The notes under the pieces were generated by a model that did not search any database, was not told the DNA's origin, and saw only the letters and a list, made by a program, of their open reading frames with translations. DNA of 54,857 bases from a virus (taxonomy: Duplodnaviria; Caudoviricetes), in the IMG/VR virus record IMGVR_UViG_3300020042_004711, positions 1 through 54,857 of that record. The stretch is one strand, 5' to 3'. Both the position numbers and the translations under genes were made by a program. Positions 26,713 through 33,754 of the stretch are shown here, piece after piece (within the stretch, counting starts at the first letter, position 1; the number at the start of each line of letters is the position of its first letter).

Positions 26713-27783
26713 CTTGAGTCCTGCGAACATGTACTGGTTCTCACGAGCCCATGTCACGAACGCAGGGTGTGCAATAGCCCAATTCTTCTTGGCTTTAACT
26801 TCGAGTAAGCTGTTGATGAAGAGTGCTTGTGCTTCTTTGGGCATACGCTTGACGAAGCGCATCCACGTTCCGAATGTTTCACGGGTGCATACTGCTACGC
26901 CCTTGAACATCAAGATACATTGAGCCGCTGGACTTGTAGGCAAAGTCACAGTGTCGGGGCTAGACTCGATAGCCTCACGGGTCGGGAGTTGATCAGCCAT
27001 CGAGACGTATGCTTGCAAATCACGCGAGCCTGAAAAGCCCAGAGTGCCGTCAAGGGCCGCGATCAAAGCGTTATCTGTTAAGCGATCACGGATGGATACC
27101 CAATGCGACGCCTTGAACAACGAACGTGGTGACACGAACGCAATCTGTGATGCGTCACGGGGGTTGAAGATGTATGGGTTCTCTTTCTGCCCGCCATCTT
27201 GGTACGATGCTAGGCAATGGGGATACTCACGCACCCACGCTTGCACCTCGGGTGCTACGCCATTGTTGACCGCCCAACCTAGCCATTCTTCAGCATTGGG
27301 CTTCATGTAGGGGGCCCATGTCTGACGATTGCGGGTATGCGCTTTGGCAGAGTCACCAACACCATCGCTGTCATCATTGCCCGTGGTAAAGACGATTGAG
27401 GCAGGATGCAGGTTGAAATTACCCATCCGGCGTTCGTGCAACAAGGGATGCAACGTATTGCGTACGTAGTCGTCGGTCTTGGTCCACTCGTCGATCATGA
27501 TCACGCATGGTTCGTTAGTATGTAGCTTGAAACTTGCGGCTGGATAGAAGTCCAAGGTGCGTGTCGTATGGTTAGGGATGGGCATGCCCGCCTGACCCAC
27601 ATCGGTGTTCGGACCATCGATGTATACCTTGTGATAGCCTGTGCGCTCGACGATCACATCTTGGATCGCGGTCTTACCAACGCCTGGTTCTCCAGTAAGG
27701 TGTACTGAGTTAAGCCCGCTGTTGAGGATAAGATCGACCGCTTCTGTGAAGTTGATGCGACGAGAGTGTTTGATTTCTGACAT
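26707..27783 (-). CDS. AAA+ ATPase (MoxR/AAA_5-like)
   Basis: Walker A GEPGVGKT, Walker B IMIDE, sensor TTGN, SPRS. Confidence 0.85.
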   Translation of the reverse strand: MSEIKHSRRINFTEAVDLILNSGLNSVHLTGEPGVGKTAIQDVIVERTGYHKVYIDGPNTDVGQAGMPIPNHTTRTLDFYPAASFKLHTNEPCVIMIDEWTKTDDYVRNTLHPLLHERRMGNFNLHPASIVFTTGNDDSDGVGDSAKAHTRNRQTWAPYMKPNAEEWLGWAVNNGVAPEVQAWVREYPHCLASYQDGGQKENPYIFNPRDASQIAFVSPRSLFKASHWVSIRDRLTDNALIAALDGTLGFSGSRDLQAYVSMADQLPTREAIESSPDTVTLPTSPAAQCILMFKGVAVCTRETFGTWMRFVKRMPKEAQALFINSLLEVKAKKNWAIAHPAFVTWARENQYMFAGLKG

Positions 27784-27810
27784 TTTTGTTTCCTAATAAA
27801 AGAAGAGAAA

Positions 27811-27839
27811 GGAATAACCGACACCATGTCGATTAGTCC
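27811..27839. repeat. 29-bp palindromic element, copy 6
   Basis: GGAATA ACCGACA CCA TGTCGAT TAGTCC. Confidence 0.85.
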
Positions 27840-27843
27840 GAGG

Positions 27844-28101
27844 TTACGAACGAGGGTACTTCTGATTGGTATCTAACAGAGTCTGTGGTGCAGACGCAAC
27901 AGTTACCAACATGTAAGGACCCTTGCCGTAGGGTTGCACTACACACCAAGATTGGCGTGCAGAGATCGCGGCTTGATTGCCGCAATGGAGGCACGAGTGA
28001 TAGCCCAAGGCCCATCGCTCGTGGTGAACGTCATCACCGCACATGACACATGAATGCCAGGCTGTGTAATCGTCATCGTATTCTGTAGTATGGTGAGTCA
28101 T
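27844..28101 (-). CDS. Small zinc-finger protein
   Basis: CVMCG...RWALGYHSCLHCG (two CxxC pairs). Confidence 0.7.
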   Translation of the reverse strand: MTHHTTEYDDDYTAWHSCVMCGDDVHHERWALGYHSCLHCGNQAAISARQSWCVVQPYGKGPYMLVTVASAPQTLLDTNQKYPRS

Positions 28102-28283
28102 TGTGGTATCTCCCAATAAGTAAGGACAAGTTCCTCGGTCTCGGGGTTACGCCAAAAGTGAATCTCGGTGTAGTCACGGCCCGCGACTTGGCAGTCAACG
28201 AGTGCGTGCTTCCAACGCAGTTGGCACACAAGGGGTAACAGCATATCTTGAAGCGAGACAGTATCTTTAGGTGAGATGATCAT
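28098..28283 (-). CDS. Hypothetical protein
   Basis: ATGA coupling at both ends. Confidence 0.6.
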   Translation of the reverse strand: MIISPKDTVSLQDMLLPLVCQLRWKHALVDCQVAGRDYTEIHFWRNPETEELVLTYWEIPQ

Positions 28284-28540
28284 CGATTGATCTCCCCTGC
28301 ATACATGCGGTCGCTACGATCATGGATATAGCCCATGACCATCTTGGGCGTGTAGCGCAAGCCGGTGGCGCGGTCGAGTACATCAGCGGCCGGTACTTCA
28401 GCCTTGTGTGTGATGCGGTTAAGGTGAGCAAGGAACTCATAGTCTGTGATCAAGCCGTTGACGTACTGCTCAACGATAGGCATGCAGTCAATGGCGATGT
28501 TGCGGTTGTGGTCATCCCACTCGGTGGTTTGGTCGGTCAT
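28280..28540 (-). CDS. Hypothetical protein
   Basis: Start MTDQTTEW with GGAG RBS and TAATG overlap. Confidence 0.6.
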   Translation of the reverse strand: MTDQTTEWDDHNRNIAIDCMPIVEQYVNGLITDYEFLAHLNRITHKAEVPAADVLDRATGLRYTPKMVMGYIHDRSDRMYAGEINR

Positions 28541-28629
28541 TACGGTCTCCAATAGAAAAGGTCGAGGGCAAGCACAATGAGTGCAATAGCAATGATGAAG
28601 CGCGAGAAGCGCTCGAAGTCAGTGAACAT
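28540..28629 (-). CDS. 29-aa single-pass membrane peptide
   Basis: MFTDFERFSRFIIAIALIVLALDLFYWRP; GGAG RBS; first gene after the consensus promoter. Confidence 0.6.
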   Translation of the reverse strand: MFTDFERFSRFIIAIALIVLALDLFYWRP

Positions 28630-28665
28630 AAGTATCTCCAATAAAGAAGGAACACAGGGAAGGAA

Positions 28666-28695
28666 GGACACATCGACATGGATGTCGAATAGTCC
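28666..28695. repeat. Palindromic element, copy 7 (4-nt centre)
   Basis: GGACAC ATCGACA TGGA TGTCGAA TAGTCC. Confidence 0.85.
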
Positions 28696-28746
28696 GACCT
28701 AGGACATAAGTACATAGGAAGTTCTAATATCTAATGTACTACGTAC

Positions 28747-28775
28747 ATTATACTCCTATTTCTTGACAATGTCAA
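28747..28775 (-). promoter_or_regulatory. Perfect-consensus sigma70 early promoter
   Basis: TTGACA-17nt-TATAAT on the - strand. Confidence 0.9.
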
Positions 28776-28815
28776 GTGCCTGTCCGTGTTTTGGCACCAT
28801 ATTCCGTGTTTTTGG

Positions 28816-29493
28816 TTATTTGTCCCAGTCATCCACAATCTTCGATAGGGCTAGCCGTTGCTTCCTTGCCTCGATAGCTTTAAAGATAGAACCATCGAAC
28901 AACGCATCAACATCCTCATCCGATGCTACTGGCGTGTTCTTCTTTTCGATTAGGCGGTCGGTGACACCGCGCATCATCAGTACGGGCTTGTAGTATTGTT
29001 TGATTGGTGGGTCAGGCACGATCTTTACCGCTCGCAAGTCAGCGGGCAAGTTCTTGGCATCAAAGGGATTGATTGATGCTTGCTTAAGCAGTATCTCCAT
29101 GATTTCGGGGTCGCGGGGCTTGACCGATGCGACGGCCTCGTCCGTTGGGAATGTCTCACGGAACTGATCTTGTTCGGGTAGCAGGTCGGACACTATGCCC
29201 GCTTTGGTGCGCTTAGCAAGAACGGAGCGATGTTCGCTAAAGTGATAGGGATTTACGCAATGGGATGTTTTGCACCACTTCACCATCCGACCATGCACGG
29301 GGATGTACCTTATGGCGGTGAATAGGATACGGACAACGGAGTTGGTGAGCATCGCTTTGGTCATCGGTGAATAGGGGCTGATGACGGGCGATGTCTGAGA
29401 GTATTCGCTGTGGGGCCACACGAAACAGTTGTCTCTGATCTCGCAGTTGTTGATGAGATCGTCGCAAGTGCGAAATTTAGGGGTGCGTGACAT
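28816..29493 (-). CDS. HNH_3 / His-Cys-box-like protein, apparently degenerate
   Basis: CFVW...WCKTSHCVNPYH motif; AAGGAG RBS. Confidence 0.6.
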   Translation of the reverse strand: MSRTPKFRTCDDLINNCEIRDNCFVWPHSEYSQTSPVISPYSPMTKAMLTNSVVRILFTAIRYIPVHGRMVKWCKTSHCVNPYHFSEHRSVLAKRTKAGIVSDLLPEQDQFRETFPTDEAVASVKPRDPEIMEILLKQASINPFDAKNLPADLRAVKIVPDPPIKQYYKPVLMMRGVTDRLIEKKNTPVASDEDVDALFDGSIFKAIEARKQRLALSKIVDDWDK

Positions 29494-29519
29494 GGATAGG
29501 CTCCTTTTGGTTAATGATA

Positions 29520-29925
29520 ATAAACACTTGCGCCACGCCCGTAAGTGTAGGCAAGAGTTTAGGAAGTTAGCTTATCATAAATATGGGGGTGTCGTCAAGT
29601 GTTTTCAAGGGGTTTAAGGCGATAAGATAAGGCTCTTATAAACACTTATGCTTTTTTGGGGTATTGTGTACATAAGGAATATTTAGCCCGTGAGGGGGAG
29701 AGATAGGATAAGTTAAGGGGAAAATCCGAGGTTTTGCTTTATAATTTCTTGAAAAAAGCGTAAGGGTATATTATTTTATTATTTAAAAAGATAGATAGAG
29801 AGAGACACAGCTAGGAAAATCAACAACTTAGGCGTGCTACACCCACAGCCATTGATAAGTTAAGTGGGTTTTTAATGATAAGCTAACTTGCTAAAGTCAC
29901 TCTTATGCGCGTAAGTGACTATTTA
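29520..29925. other. Putative replication origin / control region
   Basis: Non-coding; 21-bp inverted repeats at 29558-29578 and 29875-29895; repeated GATAAG/TAAG; AT-rich core at ~29750-29800. Confidence 0.5.
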
Positions 29926-30047
29926 TCTAATCCGTTGCTAGAACACAACTAATAAGAGCGAATAGATCATAGGATAAGTCACCAGGGTATGTGCGTGCGA
30001 ACTAGACCGTTGCTACACTTGCCGACGAGTCGACCCGACCAGCGGGC

Positions 30048-30076
30048 GGAAAAATCGACAAAATGTCGAAACCTCC
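30048..30076. repeat. 29-bp palindromic element, copy 8
   Basis: GGAAAA ATCGACA AAA TGTCGAA ACCTCC. Confidence 0.85.
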
Positions 30077-30132
30077 ACCGTTGCTAACGGAACTGGCATC
30101 GCAGATGCGACGCAAACGACGCGTTTTGGGCG

Positions 30133-30169
30133 AAAAAAAACGCCCGCCATGCACGAAGCACAGCGGGCG
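30133..30169 (-). terminator. Rho-independent terminator
   Basis: CGCCCGC...GCGGGCG stem followed by T8 on the - strand. Confidence 0.8.
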
Positions 30170-30174
30170 GAGTT

Positions 30175-30318
30175 TTACTCTACTTGCCAATCACGCAACC
30201 AATCGTCACGCACATCATCCCATAGCGGGTGAAGCGGGTTCACGGGAGCCAACAACCGAATGTCATTGTCCAATAACTCAGCCGTGTCATACATACAAAC
30301 ACGAGTTTCAATTTCCAT
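30175..30318 (-). CDS. Small acidic hypothetical protein
   Basis: MEIETRVCMYD...; GGAG RBS; followed by a terminator. Confidence 0.55.
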   Translation of the reverse strand: MEIETRVCMYDTAELLDNDIRLLAPVNPLHPLWDDVRDDWLRDWQVE

Positions 30319-30343
30319 GGTTTCTCCGGTAAGGATTAAAAGC

Positions 30344-30372
30344 GGACAAACCGACACAATGTCGATCTGTCC
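30344..30372. repeat. 29-bp palindromic element, copy 9
   Basis: GGACAA ACCGACA CAA TGTCGAT CTGTCC. Confidence 0.9.
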
Positions 30373-30380
30373 GTGGTGGA

Positions 30381-31025
30381 TTACTCCATTGCAAGCAAGC
30401 CAGAGGTCAACGAATCGATGTCATTGTCTTTGACCAATTCTTTGACACGGGCATTGATCTTGTCGACAATTACCTTGATCTCGGCTTTGCGCTCAGCAAT
30501 GCCGTCAGCATCACGCCGAGTAATCTCGGCATTGATTTTCTTGACTTCGTTCACAGACTTGTTGTCGCCTTTGCGCAACAGTTCAGTCTTTTTATCCAAG
30601 AGTCCTTCGTCATCTAACGCCTCAAGACGCTTGATCTCAGCCGCACGAGCATCGGCTTTGCGCTTTGCGTCAGGTGACTCAGCGACAGGTTTCTTATAGG
30701 CAACCTTGACGCCTTGCTCATTCTCGACAGTGAAGTTGGCACTGATACGACCAATTTGACGTTCGAACTGTTTTTGTGATGCTTCAGCAGTCCGACCGGC
30801 ATCAACAGCGCCCGTGATGATAACTTCACGCATTTTCATAAAGACCGCATAAGATGCACCCTTGATGAAATCGAACAGGTTAGCATCGAGGGTATCGAGG
30901 CGGGCTTTGCCCTGTTCCATGGCTTGCTCGGCTTTGGTGGATTGAAAACCAATGTCGAACAAGGTAGTAGTGTCAGCGTCAGAAATGACAACGGGCACAG
31001 CGATAGCAGAAGTAGCAACAGACAT
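30381..31025 (-). CDS. First gene of the leftward (early) region, helical charged protein
   Basis: 214 aa; AAGGA RBS; flanked by palindrome copies 9 and 10. Confidence 0.75.
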   Translation of the reverse strand: MSVATSAIAVPVVISDADTTTLFDIGFQSTKAEQAMEQGKARLDTLDANLFDFIKGASYAVFMKMREVIITGAVDAGRTAEASQKQFERQIGRISANFTVENEQGVKVAYKKPVAESPDAKRKADARAAEIKRLEALDDEGLLDKKTELLRKGDNKSVNEVKKINAEITRRDADGIAERKAEIKVIVDKINARVKELVKDNDIDSLTSGLLAME

Positions 31026-31063
31026 GATGTATTCCTTATAAAAGAAGTTGGCATGATCGCCAT

Positions 31064-31092
31064 GGACACATCGACGGAATGTCGATCTGTCC
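31064..31092. repeat. 29-bp palindromic element, copy 10
   Basis: GGACAC ATCGACG GAA TGTCGAT CTGTCC. Confidence 0.9.
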
Positions 31093-31482
31093 GCACTGCC
31101 CGCTGTTCTAATTGGCAGGCAGTGTTATCGGTGGACATCAACCAACCGATGATCTAATATAAGGGATGGGTCAGATAAAGGGTGAAACTCCACACGGACA
31201 ATCTATTCTTTGTGATGGACAAATCCCTCAAAAAAAATCGACTTGTCTCCGGCTAGATCATTGGCAGTTCGAGAAAAAATCTTCTCCGGCTAGACCCTAG
31301 GCTGTTCGTAGGACCAGGAGGAGAACACCACCATGGTGGGTAGGGGCAGTATTGGTAGTAGGTACCATCACACATACATACACAGTGTTCCGCGCACTAG
31401 AAGAGCAAAATTTAAAAACACCCCCCGGGTGTTAATTTGGGTCCCACAAAATCCCACTCTCCATATATTTTTTAGACCCCCC

Positions 31483-31512
31483 TTGCATAATTTGGTTCCA
31501 TGCATGTAGAAT
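31483..31512 (+). promoter_or_regulatory. Possible promoter of the packaging/late operon
   Basis: TTGCAT-18nt-TAGAAT upstream of ORF 31546. Confidence 0.4.
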
Positions 31513-31545
31513 CCAAACACCTTTTGGAGTGCACCCCTTTCCTCC

Positions 31546-32217
31546 ATGATAAAACTTGATATTGATAAAACGGTTCCGTACCCTAAAAGTACCGAATCAG
31601 ACAAAGCAGCGACCTTGCGTGAAGACATGCAATTGGCCGCCAACACAGCCGCCGTCTTAAAAGGACTGGGCGCTGATATTGAAGACTCCCCGATTGCACA
31701 AGAAGAGGCCGACGAAGTATTTGCTCAGTTTTCGGAAATTGCAAAGAAACAGTTTGAAGACGCAATGTCTGACAAACCCAAACGGGGCAGGCCACGCACG
31801 CGGCCCGACACTCCAGCGCTACTGGAGAAGGTGCCAGTCGCCCAGCGTATCAGTACAATGTTGCGCGAATACAACAACCCACTTGTTGCCGACGCAGCAG
31901 AGCTGCGCTTAGTTGTAACCAACAAGCTGCTCGACTTAGCCGGGGGCGGCGACCCTCGCATCGAAATAAAAGCGACGGAGATGCTGGGCAAGATCAGCGA
32001 CGTGGGCCTGTTCACCGAGAAAACAGAAATCACCGTGACGTACAACAACATCTCGGATATTGATGAGGCGATCAAGGACAAGATTCGTAAGATGATGAAG
32101 CTGAACGCGATTGATGTGCCGTCTGTGGACTTAGACATGAAAAAAGAATTTGAGGACCCCGAGGTGGTTGAGGACGTAACGCCCAAAGAGCCGCCCGAGG
32201 AGGAAGAAAATGTCTGA
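31546..32217 (+). CDS. Putative terminase small subunit
   Basis: Immediately upstream of and overlapping terL; IKATEMLGKISDVGLFTEKTEI segment is TerS-like. Confidence 0.65.
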   Translation: MIKLDIDKTVPYPKSTESDKAATLREDMQLAANTAAVLKGLGADIEDSPIAQEEADEVFAQFSEIAKKQFEDAMSDKPKRGRPRTRPDTPALLEKVPVAQRISTMLREYNNPLVADAAELRLVVTNKLLDLAGGGDPRIEIKATEMLGKISDVGLFTEKTEITVTYNNISDIDEAIKDKIRKMMKLNAIDVPSVDLDMKKEFEDPEVVEDVTPKEPPEEEENV

Positions 32218-33745
32218 CGATGTGGACGAGTTGGAGAAACTAGACCCAGAGACCAAGGCGCTGCTGGCTAATCTTCACCTGTTAACAAAGAATCAGAAAG
32301 ATGCCATTCTTGCAGACCTCTCCCACAAAGAGATCATGCTGGAGAAGCAGTTAGCCAGAGATACGTTCTTGGGGTTTGTGTACAAGTGCTGGCCAACCTT
32401 CATTTCGGGCAGGCACCACAAGATTATGGCCAAGGCGTTTGAGCGAGTGGCTAATGGAGAGTGCAAAAGACTGATTATTAACATGCCGCCACGTCACACA
32501 AAGTCAGAATTTGCGTCTTACTTGCTTCCAGCGTGGTTTTTAGGTAAATACCCTAATAAAAAAATTATTCAGAGCTCAAATACAGGCGAATTAGCGGTTG
32601 GATTTGGCCGAAAAGTGCGAAATCTGGTCGATTCTGACGTTTATAAGGCGATTTTTCCCGATTTTGAGCTCCAACAGGACTCAAAAGCCGCTGGAAGGTG
32701 GAATACCAACAAGGGTGGCGACTATTTTGCGATTGGTGTGGGCGGTACGGTGACCGGAAAAGGTGCCGATATCTTGATTATTGATGACCCGCACTCCGAG
32801 CAAGAAGCAGCAATGGCTGCAAGTAACCCAGATGTGTACGATAAAGTAACCGAATGGTATACGTCTGGTCCGCGCCAGCGACTTCAACCGGGCGGGTCAA
32901 TCGTAGTCGTGATGACTCGTTGGGCACAGCGAGATTTAACAGGCCAAGTACTTAAAGCTGCCGCTGCCCGCGGTGGAGAGCAGTGGGAAGTCATTGAGTT
33001 TCCCGCCATCATGCCTAGTGGTAAACCCCTATGGCCTGAGTTTTGGTCTTTGGAGGAGCTGGAAGCCCTGCGGCAAGAATTGCCTAATAGTAAGTGGCAA
33101 GCGCAGTATCAACAGAACCCCGTGGGTAATGAGAGTGCGATCATTAAACGGGACTGGTGGAAATGGTGGGAACTTGAAAGACCACCGGCATGTGACTACA
33201 TTTTGCAGTCATGGGACACAGCGTTTGAAAAGTCCAACCGCGCTGACTATTCAGTGGGCATGACGTGGGGGGTTTTCTACAACGACGAAGACCACAGCTT
33301 GCCAAACATCATTTTGCTCAATGTGTACAGGAAACGCGTAGAGTGGGTGCAGCTCAAGAAGGATGTGTTTGAAGAGTACAACGAGTGGGAGCCGGACGGT
33401 GTAATCATTGAGAAGAAAGCCACCGGCGCACCGCTTATCTATGAGTTAAGAGCGATGGGTATTCCAGTTCAGGAATACACGCCGAGCAGGGGTCAAGACA
33501 AAATTGCCCGCTTGAACTCGGTCTCGGACATAATTGCGTCAGGGAAAGTATGGGTTCCCCGTACCTCTTGGGCGGAAGAAGCAGTTGATGAGATTGCCGC
33601 ATTTCCGTCTGGCGAGCACGACGACTTGGTGGACGCGACCACTCTTGCACTGATGCGGTTCAGGCAGGGGGGTTTCCTTCGCTTGCCTTCCGACGAACCG
33701 GAAGAACAAAAGTTTTTTAAACGCCGTAATGCGGTGTTCTATTGA
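32210..33745 (+). CDS. terL: Terminase large subunit
   Basis: INMPPRHTKS Walker A, IIDDP Walker B, VMTRW, QSWDTA nuclease motif, HDDLVDA. Confidence 0.93.
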   Translation: MSDDVDELEKLDPETKALLANLHLLTKNQKDAILADLSHKEIMLEKQLARDTFLGFVYKCWPTFISGRHHKIMAKAFERVANGECKRLIINMPPRHTKSEFASYLLPAWFLGKYPNKKIIQSSNTGELAVGFGRKVRNLVDSDVYKAIFPDFELQQDSKAAGRWNTNKGGDYFAIGVGGTVTGKGADILIIDDPHSEQEAAMAASNPDVYDKVTEWYTSGPRQRLQPGGSIVVVMTRWAQRDLTGQVLKAAAARGGEQWEVIEFPAIMPSGKPLWPEFWSLEELEALRQELPNSKWQAQYQQNPVGNESAIIKRDWWKWWELERPPACDYILQSWDTAFEKSNRADYSVGMTWGVFYNDEDHSLPNIILLNVYRKRVEWVQLKKDVFEEYNEWEPDGVIIEKKATGAPLIYELRAMGIPVQEYTPSRGQDKIARLNSVSDIIASGKVWVPRTSWAEEAVDEIAAFPSGEHDDLVDATTLALMRFRQGGFLRLPSDEPEEQKFFKRRNAVFY

Positions 33746-33754
33746 GGATGATAT

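Noticed and set aside
21026-31092. Palindromes as a CRISPR array
   Set aside because: Copies are 0.3-1.9 kb apart with whole genes between them; there are no ~30-40-nt spacers and no cas operon
21026-31092. Palindromes as intrinsic terminators or N4-type hairpin promoters
   Set aside because: No U-tracts; loop sequence is not conserved; several stems carry uncompensated mismatches; no RNA polymerase motifs were recognised in the giant protein
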